In this document: positions 51,655 to 61,738 of the stretch, piece by piece
Layout of the letters: each line of letters opens with the position of its first letter
Position numbering within the stretch: position 1 is the first letter of the stretch
NCBI GenBank assembly: GCA_019057385.1
Contig: JAHQJS010000006.1
Span: 741,038-805,037, forward strand
Direction: 5' to 3'
DNA length: 64,000 nt
Source of the DNA: Candidatus Borrarchaeum weybense
GTDB taxonomy: Archaea; Asgardarchaeota; Sifarchaeia; Borrarchaeales; Borrarchaeaceae
Translations under genes and position numbers: made by a program
Notes under the pieces: generated by a model
Database searches by the model: none
The model's input: the letters and a program-made list of their open reading frames with translations, nothing else
What the model was told of the DNA's origin: nothing

Positions 51655-51932
51655 TCGTCAACACTGCATATCAAACCATGATAAAAACATAGTAGGATAG
51701 GCCCCCAGGAAAAAACAACTGGTAACTCAATTAATAGAAGTTCATTAGAAATCTCCACTCCGATATTGAAAAAATAGAAAAGAAGGGGTATCGAAACGAT
51801 CCATATAAGCAACAATAATGTCGAAAATTTATATCTTTTTGATAAATCAAGGAGTAGCAGTAATAACGATTTAATTTCTGTGAGAATATATTTGAGTTCT
51901 ATAATTAGTTTCGTTTTAATATTTTCAGTCAT
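51651..51932 (-). CDS. Small membrane protein
   Basis: Hydrophobic ORF overlapping the start of the next gene. Confidence 0.45.
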   Translation of the reverse strand: MTENIKTKLIIELKYILTEIKSLLLLLLDLSKRYKFSTLLLLIWIVSIPLLFYFFNIGVEISNELLLIELPVVFSWGPILLCFYHGLICSVDE

Positions 51933-52111
51933 CTGAGGTTTCCCCTAAACCATGATAAAGATCGGTAGATACTGTCCTGAATACATCTTCTAACTATAAG
52001 AATGAATCTAACTAGACTCATTCAAAATTCGATCTTATCATTTTGGGCTGTATATTAAACAAGTAATAAACTGAAAAAATAGTGCATGAGAAAATATAGA
52101 GAAACATACTT

Positions 52112-52378
52112 TCATTCGTTTTCCAGTTCTAAGCCTGATGTAGGTTTGAAATAATTTGCTATCATATGATAAAACGTTTTAATCTCTTTGAATAAATAGT
52201 TAAAAAAGAACCTCGCATTATCATATAGCTGAATACCTACAACGCTCTCTAAAATCTGTTTTAATGTATAAACGATTATTGTAATTGTACTAATAAAAGC
52301 TCCAATGCCAATAATGCTTACCGTTATGTTAAAACCGCTGAAACTCAGTATTCCACCAAAACCAATAAACTGAAGCAT
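52112..52378 (-). CDS. Small membrane protein
   Basis: Hydrophobic N-terminus; GGCGA RBS-like. Confidence 0.45.
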   Translation of the reverse strand: MLQFIGFGGILSFSGFNITVSIIGIGAFISTITIIVYTLKQILESVVGIQLYDNARFFFNYLFKEIKTFYHMIANYFKPTSGLELENE

Positions 52379-52498
52379 ATTTCTCGCCTTATTTAATGGT
52401 CAGGTTGTTTTAACGTATTAATTTTAATTAAATATTTTGGTAAAACTGTTCGTACAATTCCCCTCCCCTTGTTAAGTAGTTGGTTACTTTGTATCTTA

Positions 52499-53032
52499 TT
52501 AATCTTCTTGCCCTGATAATTCTCCGTAGAGTTCTGCTGCTTGCTCTAAGACGATTCGCAATTGAGTGATTTCAGGATTCTTATCAAGAAGTGCAGGTAA
52601 AATACATATGAGAAAACGCCGTGCAAGACGAAGTGATGGACTTTTTAAAATAGTTTTTTGAAAGGAATTCTTAAAATAGTTGATTCCTGATTTAGAAATC
52701 TTAATTGAATTGTTAGCGTGATGAATAATCAGGTTTGAATGAATCAGTGAATGTAAATGATTAGAAAAAGCATCTTGATTGGGAATTCCATAAATAGATT
52801 CTGTCCCTAAAATACATTCAATGAATTGAACTATTTCGTATAATTCGTTCTTGGTTAAAATTCGCCCCTCAACTAAAGAGAGGATGAAGAGTATCTCATC
52901 TTTTTGCGAGAGTTTACCGTTAGATATTAAATTCGGATCTAGTTCTTCTTGTGATTCTATAAAGCTTGATAGCGCTATCTGTCGAAAATTTGGTTCCCTT
53001 TGTGAATAAGCTGGTGTCTTCAAATATTTCAA
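52499..53032 (-). CDS. Winged-helix-like hypothetical protein
   Basis: ILFILSL...LTKNEL...HLHSLIHSNLI....IKISKSG. Confidence 0.5.
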   Translation of the reverse strand: MKYLKTPAYSQREPNFRQIALSSFIESQEELDPNLISNGKLSQKDEILFILSLVEGRILTKNELYEIVQFIECILGTESIYGIPNQDAFSNHLHSLIHSNLIIHHANNSIKISKSGINYFKNSFQKTILKSPSLRLARRFLICILPALLDKNPEITQLRIVLEQAAELYGELSGQED

Positions 53033-53321
53033 ATTCCTAATTCCTTTATTTCCTGTTTAAAGACTTTTATCGGTTGCTTATATATTGACGGAGAGTTGGG
53101 TGAAACTGAAAACAACTTCTATTATCAATCCTAGAAAGGATGTGTCGGTTTTTTTTGGTACTAGCGAATAAAAAACGATGAGATGCGTTAAGACAACTTA
53201 TTATAACTTAATGTTTTCTATCTTCTTTGTTAACAATTTAATAAGTCATTAAAACTAATAATAGTGAAATTTTTTTTCTTACAAATACGATTGGGTGGAG
53301 TTTTTTATTAAACCTACATTT

Positions 53322-54783
53322 GTGAACTACCTCACGCTAAAGCAGTGAGGCTTCCTGTTTCTGCGACCATACTTGCCTCAACATAGGCTATCTGGTTCAG
53401 ATAGTCCAACGTTAACGTAGAGGTATTAGTCTCCGCAGGCGTAACTTCGGTAGGTCCCCTACCTAGCATTCTATGCCCTTCGTGTTCTATTACACAACTG
53501 CTGTTATAATCACGATCTATCACCAGACCACAATGATGACACACGTAAGTACGTTCGGCTAAACTCATGGGGCGCTGGTGACCGCACCGCGAACAGGTCT
53601 TGGTGGAGGGGAAAAAACGGTCAATTTCCACCGGTGTTTGCACCTTTATTTCAAGCATGCGAATTATTCCACCGAGGCTGGTTGACAGCATTCTTCTACC
53701 CCACAGGCGTTGCCACGAGCGTAAATTCTCGTTTTGATAACATATCATTTGGAAATTAGTACACAAGAAATGAACTAGTTTATTGCGAATGTCTCGTTTA
53801 ATATTGGTAGTTTTGGCGTAGGCTTTGAGTAATTTATATAGCGTTTTCCACCAGTTCTTACTGCGATACTGCTTACGACCTAATTGTTTACATAATTGCT
53901 TTATACGGCGCGTAACTGGTACTTTGTATTGTATACGTATCCCGTTCGAAAGCGATAACTGGTTTTTTACCCCAAAATCAATACCAATTGACTGTGCTGG
54001 CACTACCATCGCCGGACTGTGTTTTCGCGGAGTATAGGTAGTTATGGCCACGTAATAATCACCATGCTGGTGAAGGAGCGTAGCATTGGCACATTCACAA
54101 TTAGGCGGCAACTGTTCCAATCCGTTGACACGCAGTTTTTGCGGTATCTTTTGAAACTGCATATATTTGCCGTTGATAAGCTTGTAGGTATTGCCGTACT
54201 GCTTGAGCGGGATGGAATCCACATGGGACTTAAACTTCAAGCGTCCAATCTTGTGACCCTTAGTTTTCAGACGCGCTAAGCCGCGTATATTCTGTTGGGT
54301 GCGTGTTATAATACTTTGACGCATGTGTGACGATAACTGCCTCAATTGGCGTCGCTCAAAGTGGTCTTTAACCTTCACTGGCACGACTGTTATTTTATCA
54401 TCGATGGAAAATACGTTAGGATGGCCAACGCAAAAATTGTACAGCCATTTCGCCTCCAAAAATAAGAGTTTTAAGCGAGTTAATGAGTCTTGGTTTAAAT
54501 GCGAGCGGTCTAGCTTGACGGTATACACCCGGCACTTCATGTGTTTACGCCGCTCCTTAGTGTCCTTTAAAGTAGCTTTGATCTGCTGGTTCTTTGTTAA
54601 CATGACACAAGTGCTCCGAACAACTTATAATAACTCGTTAATAATATACAACACAATCGCTCACTTTTTGTACTCCAACTGTTTTTATAAACACAGCATA
54701 AATTCTCACAAAGTTAAAAAATAGCCTATCCTTACACCATTTATCCCCAAGCTAAAGCAATGGGGCTTACTTGTGTCTTAACG
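53322..54783 (-). mobile_element. IS1341-type (TnpB-only) IS200/IS605 element
   Basis: Right end GGTAGTTCAC at 53322; end hairpins CCTCACGCTAAAGCAGTGAGG and CCCCAAGCTAAAGCAATGGGG; left boundary approximate. Confidence 0.85.
53332..54603 (-). CDS. tnpB: RNA-guided endonuclease TnpB
   Basis: RuvC-I GIDFGVK; PSTKTCSRCG...CHHCG zinc finger; RuvC-III DRDYNS; atypical RuvC-II YQNENL. Confidence 0.92.
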   Translation of the reverse strand: MLTKNQQIKATLKDTKERRKHMKCRVYTVKLDRSHLNQDSLTRLKLLFLEAKWLYNFCVGHPNVFSIDDKITVVPVKVKDHFERRQLRQLSSHMRQSIITRTQQNIRGLARLKTKGHKIGRLKFKSHVDSIPLKQYGNTYKLINGKYMQFQKIPQKLRVNGLEQLPPNCECANATLLHQHGDYYVAITTYTPRKHSPAMVVPAQSIGIDFGVKNQLSLSNGIRIQYKVPVTRRIKQLCKQLGRKQYRSKNWWKTLYKLLKAYAKTTNIKRDIRNKLVHFLCTNFQMICYQNENLRSWQRLWGRRMLSTSLGGIIRMLEIKVQTPVEIDRFFPSTKTCSRCGHQRPMSLAERTYVCHHCGLVIDRDYNSSCVIEHEGHRMLGRGPTEVTPAETNTSTLTLDYLNQIAYVEASMVAETGSLTALA

Positions 54784-54868
54784 ATGTAAGGTTGAAAAAT
54801 TATATTAAGGAAATTCTCCTAACATAAAGAAAAGAAATCATAATAAAAAATTAATGAGGTCATAGACC

Positions 54869-55627
54869 ATGTCTAGTAATGACGTTAAAATCAATGTAAG
54901 TGAAATACAGGCTGAAAAACCATATGTACTAATTGGACTTCCTGATGTTGGCTTGATAGGGGTCATCAGTGCATCCCAATTAATTAAATCTCTTAACATG
55001 AAACCAATAGGGTCTATTGACTCAGAGCAATTACCTCCCATCGCTGTTATCCATGAAACGATACCTATGGCTCCTCTAAGAGTATATGGTGCCGAGAATG
55101 TCATCCTTGTTGTTAGTGAAATTCCGTTACCTCCTACTCTTATACGCCCATTCTCAAAAGCAGTAGTGAACTGGGCAAAAAGATTGAACCCAACTGCTGT
55201 TCTCTCTCTCGCCGGTATTCCAGTACCCAACCGGATGGATATTGAACAACCTGGCATATATGCTGTCTCATCAGGAGGACCTGCAGCAGCTATTCTTGGG
55301 GATTTAGAGTCGATACAAGTTCAAAAACTTGAAGAAGGTTTTATGGCAGGACCATATGCTTCTATACTTAATAACTGCATAACAGAGGCTGTGCCAAATA
55401 TAACGTTTCTAGTTCAGTCTCATATGAATTATCCTGACCCAGGAGCTGCTGCCATATTGCTGGAAACTGTCGCAAAATTCCTGAATGTCACAGTCGATGT
55501 CGAACCATTGCTTGAACAAGCAGAAGAAATCAGACTTCGAATGAGAGATACAATGAGACGGACTAGCGACACCATGCAACAAGTTGATAAAACACAAGAA
55601 TACGAAATTCCCGCTTTCTACGGCTAA
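54869..55627 (+). CDS. PAC2-family proteasome assembly chaperone
   Basis: IGLPDVGLIG, PLRVY, YPDPGAA, VEPLLEQAEEIR. Confidence 0.9.
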   Translation: MSSNDVKINVSEIQAEKPYVLIGLPDVGLIGVISASQLIKSLNMKPIGSIDSEQLPPIAVIHETIPMAPLRVYGAENVILVVSEIPLPPTLIRPFSKAVVNWAKRLNPTAVLSLAGIPVPNRMDIEQPGIYAVSSGGPAAAILGDLESIQVQKLEEGFMAGPYASILNNCITEAVPNITFLVQSHMNYPDPGAAAILLETVAKFLNVTVDVEPLLEQAEEIRLRMRDTMRRTSDTMQQVDKTQEYEIPAFYG

Positions 55628-55639
55628 GGGGGTGTAAGA

Positions 55640-56083
55640 ATGTCAAAAAAATCAAAATCCATTGTAAGAATGATGGATGAATTATTTGAAAGGATGGAAA
55701 GTTCCATAAATGAAATTCTAAGAAAAGGCTTCCTGAAACCCTCTTTTGATTTACGGCACTGTTGCCTAGAGCCACTTATCGAGATTAGTGAAACCGCTGA
55801 TAACTTAATCGTCGTTTATGATTTGCCTTATATTCGCTCGCCAGACGACATTGAGATCAAAGCTACGCCAACTTCCTTAGAACTAGACGCACAATTTAAA
55901 GAACCAGTAAAACTCGAAAAATGGGGAACTGTTCAGAAGGAGACAGAGTTTAAGCATTATCATCACGTGATCAGGAAACTGCCTGTGGAGGTTGTTCCTG
56001 ATAAAGCAACATCTCGATTTAAGCAAGGGTTACTGGAGATCACTCTTCCGAAGGTTAAGCCTCATAAAATTAAGGTTGAATGA
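55640..56083 (+). CDS. Small heat-shock protein (Hsp20)
   Basis: EPLIEISET...DLP...LPVEV.PDKA.SRFKQGLLEITLPK. Confidence 0.9.
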   Translation: MSKKSKSIVRMMDELFERMESSINEILRKGFLKPSFDLRHCCLEPLIEISETADNLIVVYDLPYIRSPDDIEIKATPTSLELDAQFKEPVKLEKWGTVQKETEFKHYHHVIRKLPVEVVPDKATSRFKQGLLEITLPKVKPHKIKVE

Positions 56084-56287
56084 GGTCTATCCGACAAAAC
56101 CTCTTTTTTTAATTTCATGTCCTCATGGCGGACGTATATAAAACTACTTGTTATTCAATAGGAAAAGTAACACCTATAGTTTTCTTAAATAATGCAGAGC
56201 ATTTATATTGCCTCTTAACCAATAACCAATAGAATCAACATTGATCCTTTAAAAGATGAATTTCTCAATAATCAAGAGGTTAAGTAG

Positions 56288-57661
56288 TTGGAAGAAGAGC
56301 TACCAGTTTGGTGCCAATTAAGAAAAATACCTATGCAACACTCTCCGGAAGATGCAATAGAGTTTGCAAAAGGAAGGATAGATAGATTTGCAAGACGTCA
56401 GTTCTGGAATGTTAGAGGAGCTGAAGGTAAAGATTTACTTGCAGGACATATCCTTCTAAGGGTTGCTGTTGCCACAGATCCAAGACTTAGCGCTTGGCTA
56501 GTAGAATTTGAAGGCGATCTTTTTGATTATCGATTTAGAAAGGCGTCATTCTCAGATATTATCACAGTAATGCGCTATTTTCTTGGAAACGATAATATTA
56601 TGCTACTCAAAGACCTTGAAGAAAAAATTGATATGCAAATAAAAAAAAGATATTCACTGATTGAGATCGGAGAATATTCAAAATACATCAAAAGAAGCAC
56701 AATAACTCGTGATGGACGTATTACTATTAAAAGAGAGCGACAGAATGTTACACTTCCAAAAGGTTTAAGAAAATATGTTGGTGTTCACTTTACAAAAGTT
56801 CCAACAGTAGTGGGTAAAAGACAGGTTCTATTGCTAAAAGGATGGGCTATTGCCCCTATTTTTGTCTTTCGAGGAACTATTAAACGTGCATTTGAAACTG
56901 AATTAAAAACTAAACTTGAAGGAATTCAAGATCAAATTAAATCTGATAAATCTCTTAAACCGATTATACGAGAACTTAGAGACCATATTAAAATAAATGA
57001 AAAAGCTTTTGTAAAGAGATTTGAAACAGAAATTAGTCCTACTGGGAGACTTTATCAACGTTTTGATCTGTTTCCTGAGTGTATGAACCAATTAATCTCC
57101 ATCCTCACCGAAAAGGGTCACTTAGGACATGGAGAACGCTTACAACTAGGTCTTTTTTTAAAGAAACTAGGAATGCCATTGGAAGAGCAAAAACACTTCT
57201 GGTATCAAAAAGCTGTTGATAACATAGGCTTGACGTTTGAAGAATTTGATAGCAAAGTTGGTTATACTATTGATCATCTTTATGGACAGGCAGGTGGTGG
57301 GACGGATTATGAAGCCCCGAAGTGTGAGACGATTATAACAAGTTATTATTGTGCATTCGCCCAAAAAGCTGCAGATGAGATTATGAAAAGGATACAAACT
57401 GAATTCGAAGAAAAGGATAAACCAACAAGATTTAGTCAAGTTTTAGATGACTTAATGGTAAATTTGATGAATAATGAACCACGAAATGCGTGTGCAAAAC
57501 TTTTCGAATTAAGGTACGGCAAAAGAGCCAAAAAAATTGCGCATCCCATTGGCTATACTCTTTATGCAGCAAAAATCCTAAAGGAGAAAAAGGAAAAGAA
57601 AACCGAAGAGAAAAAAACTACAAAAGCTGAAGTAAATGCAAATGCGAATGAAAATGAATGA
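56288..57661 (+). CDS. priL: DNA primase large subunit, eukaryote-like
   Basis: FPECM...HLGHGERLQLGLFLK..G...YTIDHLYG..G..TDY...C..I....C; N-terminal GHILLR...WLVEFEGDLFDYRF. Confidence 0.88.
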   Translation: MEEELPVWCQLRKIPMQHSPEDAIEFAKGRIDRFARRQFWNVRGAEGKDLLAGHILLRVAVATDPRLSAWLVEFEGDLFDYRFRKASFSDIITVMRYFLGNDNIMLLKDLEEKIDMQIKKRYSLIEIGEYSKYIKRSTITRDGRITIKRERQNVTLPKGLRKYVGVHFTKVPTVVGKRQVLLLKGWAIAPIFVFRGTIKRAFETELKTKLEGIQDQIKSDKSLKPIIRELRDHIKINEKAFVKRFETEISPTGRLYQRFDLFPECMNQLISILTEKGHLGHGERLQLGLFLKKLGMPLEEQKHFWYQKAVDNIGLTFEEFDSKVGYTIDHLYGQAGGGTDYEAPKCETIITSYYCAFAQKAADEIMKRIQTEFEEKDKPTRFSQVLDDLMVNLMNNEPRNACAKLFELRYGKRAKKIAHPIGYTLYAAKILKEKKEKKTEEKKTTKAEVNANANENE

Positions 57662-57694
57662 AAAATAATTCATATTTCAATTTCAATTTCCGGT

Positions 57695-59095
57695 TCAATT
57701 TCCTTGTTCATTCAATTTTTTTAGAAGACCTAATGCCTCTGGGTAATTAGGATCCAATTCTAATGCTTTTTCTACGCATTTTTTGGCTTTTTGGTTATCT
57801 TTTAGTTTATCATAGGCAACAGCTAGTTCATACCAGACTTCTACATCTTGGTGATCGATCTCAACTACTTTCTCAAAGCAATCAATGGTCTTTTGATAAT
57901 CTGCCAATTTCTTGTGCGCAATCCCCATGTAATACCATACATTGATATTCTGCGGTTTTTCCTTTATAATTTCTTCGTAGCATTCAATTTCTTCAGTTGT
58001 CTGACCTAGTGAGCGGTAAGCAGATGCCATGTTAGACCTCGCTTGTGGATGATGAGGGTTAATCTCCAGTGCTTTCTCGAAGCACTCAATGGCCTTCTGA
58101 TAGTCTTCCAGTTTATTATAAGTAGCCCCCATATTATTCCATGCGTTAGAATAATGTGGATCAATTTTAACTGCGCTTTCAAAACTTTTAACTGCGTTCT
58201 GATAGTCTTCTAATTTATAGTAGTCAATACCCATGTTGTACCAGGCTTTTTTATATTGAGGGTCGATTTCTACGGTTTTTTCATAGCATTCGATTGCTTT
58301 AAGTAGATCACCTAAATCTTCATAGGTGATACCCATATTGTACCACGTTTCCACATTCAAGGGGTCAATTTCGACTATTTTCTTATTACATCTTAGAACA
58401 TTTTCGGTATCATCCAGCATGCTGTATGCTTTTTCTAAGATATCCCACGCTTTTGTATCGGAAGGATCCAACTTGACACCTTTTTCGAAATACTCTTTGG
58501 TTTTTTGGGGATTGTTCAGTTTAAAGTAGGCAAGTCCCATGTTGAACCACGCCATAACGTACAATGGGTCGATTTCGACAACCTTCTCAAAGTATTCAAT
58601 TGCTTTTTCATAATTTTCTAAGGGGTGAATATAAATAGATCCCATGTTATTCAAAGCTGCGATGTTGTTTGGTTCAATTTCAAGAGCTTTTTCATAGCAA
58701 TCTATTGCCTCTTCAAGATAGCCTAAGTTACCGTACGCTACTCCCCTGTTATACCAGGCGTTGATATTATTAGGATCTATATCAGCTATTTTTTCACAAC
58801 ATTCGATGACTCTATGATAGTCCCTTAACGCATCGTAGGCGGAACTCATGAGAATCCATGCATTCATATTTTGAGGATCTAGCGTCACTGCTTGTTCATA
58901 GCACTCAATTGCTTCTTGAAATTCGCCTAATTTATCATGAGCGGCTCCTAAATAATACCATGTCTTGCTATCAGGATTGATTTCTACAGCTTTTTTAAAG
59001 CACCCAATTGCTTTTTGAAAATCTCCGGATTCTGCATGATCATGTCCAATGTTAGACCATTCTGAAGCGGTTTTCCCCTCAATTTTGTCTGGCAT
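57695..59095 (-). CDS. TPR-repeat protein
   Basis: Many W.NMG..Y..L..Y.KAI.C.EK..EIDP repeats. Confidence 0.92.
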   Translation of the reverse strand: MPDKIEGKTASEWSNIGHDHAESGDFQKAIGCFKKAVEINPDSKTWYYLGAAHDKLGEFQEAIECYEQAVTLDPQNMNAWILMSSAYDALRDYHRVIECCEKIADIDPNNINAWYNRGVAYGNLGYLEEAIDCYEKALEIEPNNIAALNNMGSIYIHPLENYEKAIEYFEKVVEIDPLYVMAWFNMGLAYFKLNNPQKTKEYFEKGVKLDPSDTKAWDILEKAYSMLDDTENVLRCNKKIVEIDPLNVETWYNMGITYEDLGDLLKAIECYEKTVEIDPQYKKAWYNMGIDYYKLEDYQNAVKSFESAVKIDPHYSNAWNNMGATYNKLEDYQKAIECFEKALEINPHHPQARSNMASAYRSLGQTTEEIECYEEIIKEKPQNINVWYYMGIAHKKLADYQKTIDCFEKVVEIDHQDVEVWYELAVAYDKLKDNQKAKKCVEKALELDPNYPEALGLLKKLNEQGN

Positions 59096-59261
59096 TTGAA
59101 TCTCCTAATTTCCTCATATAATAATGACACATAAACCTTTTCTACGTGCTAATTATAGATCATGCTCTGAATCCTCTATTACAAATTCTAAAAGAAAATG
59201 GGACAATAAATTATAATCAAGAAACGGTGTTAAAGATGTAAACGCAGATTAAATGGTAGCC

Positions 59262-60608
59262 TTAATTTGCACCGGCTATTCTTGCGTTGTTAATCTTAAT
59301 AGAAGGTATTAATACACCTGCTTCTTCTCTATAGTCCTGCGATATATCAGAAATACCATTTAATAAATCAAAAACATGAATTCCAATCATTGCATTTTTA
59401 ATAGGATGTTTTATTTCACCGTTTTCAATAAGGAACGCCTCTGATAAGAGTCCTGAGAGTCTTCCACTTACAGGGTCTGGTGAATCATGTAAAGCCAAAA
59501 TAAAAACTCCTTTCTTTGTTTCACTTATTAGTGTGTCAAGGCTATGCTTACCAGGTGTTATTCTTAGATTATTACATGAAATTTGTGGCAATGTGTTATA
59601 TCCAAGTCGCATAGAGTTTCCAGTACTTGTTATAGAATCTTTTTTAGCAGTATATGTGTCATAGAGATAGGTACGTAATACCCCCTTTTCTATGATTTTT
59701 TGACGAGTTTTTGGATTTCCTTCTCCATCAAATGGCAAACTCCTAAACCCTGCTGCAACAAGTCCATCATCAATAACTGTGAGCTGTTCCGAAGCAATAG
59801 TTTTTCCTTTCTTATCTACTAAATATGTCCGCTTTTGTTGGACTGCATCTGCGTTCGCAGCAACTCCAACAATGCTGAAAAACAGCGGATAGATCGCATT
59901 TTGGAATAAGATAACCGGAACACTCATCGTCTCTATTTTTTTACCCCCAAGCATATCACAGGCTCGTTTAGCAACGGTTTCCCCTAACCATTGTGGTCTT
60001 AGATTTTTAAGTTGTCGACTACTTGATAAATCAGAATTGGTAGCCACTTCACCTTCGGTGTTTTTTGCAACTGCTGAAGCTGAAAGCATTCCAATCGTGC
60101 TATCTGAACTGCATTCACTACCAAGCGAATTCATTAGTACACGTTGTTCCCGTGTCATACTAACAGTCCCATCAAGTACAACAGAACTAGCATTACAAAG
60201 CCCAGCATCTATAATCTGCTGCCCTAAATCTATTACTTCTTCAGCTGAACTATTCGCAATGTGATCATCATATAGTTCTTGTACATTTGGGAGCGGTTTC
60301 GGATCAGGTAATGACTCAAAATCAGGATCTGGGCTACCTAATCTCATTGATGATACGGCTGCATTAACTATCCTTTCAATTTCATCCATCTCATTAAGTG
60401 AGGCCGCATATGAGAAACCATATCGACCTGCATTATCGTAAACTCGCACAGCTATACCACTGTCTTCAATATTACTTACAGTTTTTATTGCATTTTTAGC
60501 GAATAATAATCTTTGACTAATTACCTTTTGTGCAAAAATCTCTGTTTGGTATACTTTACTTGTTGCAAATTTAAGAGCCCTTTCTGCACTCGCGAATAAA
60601 TTGTCCAC
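59262..60608 (-). CDS. pmbA: TldD/PmbA family protein (PmbA-like, no HExxxH)
   Basis: GIAVRV..G..GF, IDDG...FDGEG.P...IIEKGVL..YL, STGN, IENGEI..PI. Confidence 0.85.
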   Translation of the reverse strand: MDNLFASAERALKFATSKVYQTEIFAQKVISQRLLFAKNAIKTVSNIEDSGIAVRVYDNAGRYGFSYAASLNEMDEIERIVNAAVSSMRLGSPDPDFESLPDPKPLPNVQELYDDHIANSSAEEVIDLGQQIIDAGLCNASSVVLDGTVSMTREQRVLMNSLGSECSSDSTIGMLSASAVAKNTEGEVATNSDLSSSRQLKNLRPQWLGETVAKRACDMLGGKKIETMSVPVILFQNAIYPLFFSIVGVAANADAVQQKRTYLVDKKGKTIASEQLTVIDDGLVAAGFRSLPFDGEGNPKTRQKIIEKGVLRTYLYDTYTAKKDSITSTGNSMRLGYNTLPQISCNNLRITPGKHSLDTLISETKKGVFILALHDSPDPVSGRLSGLLSEAFLIENGEIKHPIKNAMIGIHVFDLLNGISDISQDYREEAGVLIPSIKINNARIAGAN

Positions 60609-60686
60609 AGTATCACCAGCCAGCCAATGTGCAATAAAACCAGAGTTTTTAAATATTTATTTACTTTATGACACAATCATACAACG

Positions 60687-61397
60687 TTGTATGTGAGGCA
60701 TATGTGCTTTGAGTGTTATTTATTAGCCGTTGTCCCCCCACAAGCAGGGCCTATTAGCGATTTTCTTAATTTCATCTATTGGGTCGGCTCCCTTGTATGC
60801 TTCCAATGGGAAGTTGCAACTTTTAGAGTTGGAGCATATTATTTACCTGTATGCTCTGGATGTTTAGGAATTTATGCTGGCGCGTTGATTGGTTTTGCAA
60901 GCCTTCCAAGATTGTCTAATCTGTCAAAACAATTATTTCAACTTAGATTTGCAATCCCTCTAATGTTACCTCAATCAGTCTATTTCTTTATCTTGAATTT
61001 TGAGCGGTTCTTCCTTCATTCCTATCCGATTCCAGGAATAAAGGAAATCTATTTTGTAATGGGATTGCTTTTCGGTTTTGTTTTATGCAATATTGCTTTT
61101 AGACTCGCCCTAATAGAAGATGAGTTTCACCCCGCCGTTGATCAACATCTTACCAGATTTGTAACATATTTAGGCTGGTTATTTCTTCCTGGCGTTTTAA
61201 TAGGCATTGTCAGCATAATGCTTGGACTTGTTTTACTTGGATATGCAGTTGATATGCTTCTTCTGGTTCTAGGAAGTCTTTCTTTTCTTTTAGGATTAGG
61301 AATTCTTCTAGTTTTAATAGTAGGCTTCTCTCTTCGATTTGCAGTGGGTTTATTCAAGACTTCTTATGATTATTTTACGCAAGATCGCTCTAATTGA
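60687..61397 (+). CDS. DUF2085-like membrane protein
   Basis: VCFQ....F......PVCSGCLGIYAG; multiple TMs. Confidence 0.75.
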   Translation: MYVRHMCFECYLLAVVPPQAGPISDFLNFIYWVGSLVCFQWEVATFRVGAYYLPVCSGCLGIYAGALIGFASLPRLSNLSKQLFQLRFAIPLMLPQSVYFFILNFERFFLHSYPIPGIKEIYFVMGLLFGFVLCNIAFRLALIEDEFHPAVDQHLTRFVTYLGWLFLPGVLIGIVSIMLGLVLLGYAVDMLLLVLGSLSFLLGLGILLVLIVGFSLRFAVGLFKTSYDYFTQDRSN

Positions 61398-61699
61398 TCT
61401 ATATGCAAATACCCGTGTTTCTTTTTATCTAAAAAAACTCTGGACAATCATATACACGTTCAAGTTTTTTAGAAGCTAATGCTTTGCAGTTTTATAAAAA
61501 AAGATTTCACAAACCTTATTCAGCGTAGCAATCCTGCTCGCTAGATAACGTCGTTTTCGACAAAAAGGTATTACTCTGTTATAGCTTTTTGTATCACGCA
61601 TCGGTGTTTAAATCAGCGCGCGCGATTGTATTGACATAATGCTGTCTATAGCTCTATAGAGTAATCAAGAGCTATATAATAAAGTGGACATTTTTCTTG

Positions 61700-61718
61700 C
61701 AAAAAAAGGCTTAAATAG
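61700..61718 (+). promoter_or_regulatory. BRE/TATA promoter upstream of the ncRNA candidate
   Basis: CAAAAAAAGGC-TTAAATA about 22-28 bp before the structured RNA. Confidence 0.55.
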
Positions 61719-61738
61719 TTTTAACTATAAGGTATGGA

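Noticed and set aside
2808-61357. Numerous short antisense or overlapping ORFs in the track (e.g. 31984-32619, 32951-33379, 7580-7918)
   Set aside because: Shadows of well-supported genes on the other strand or frame.
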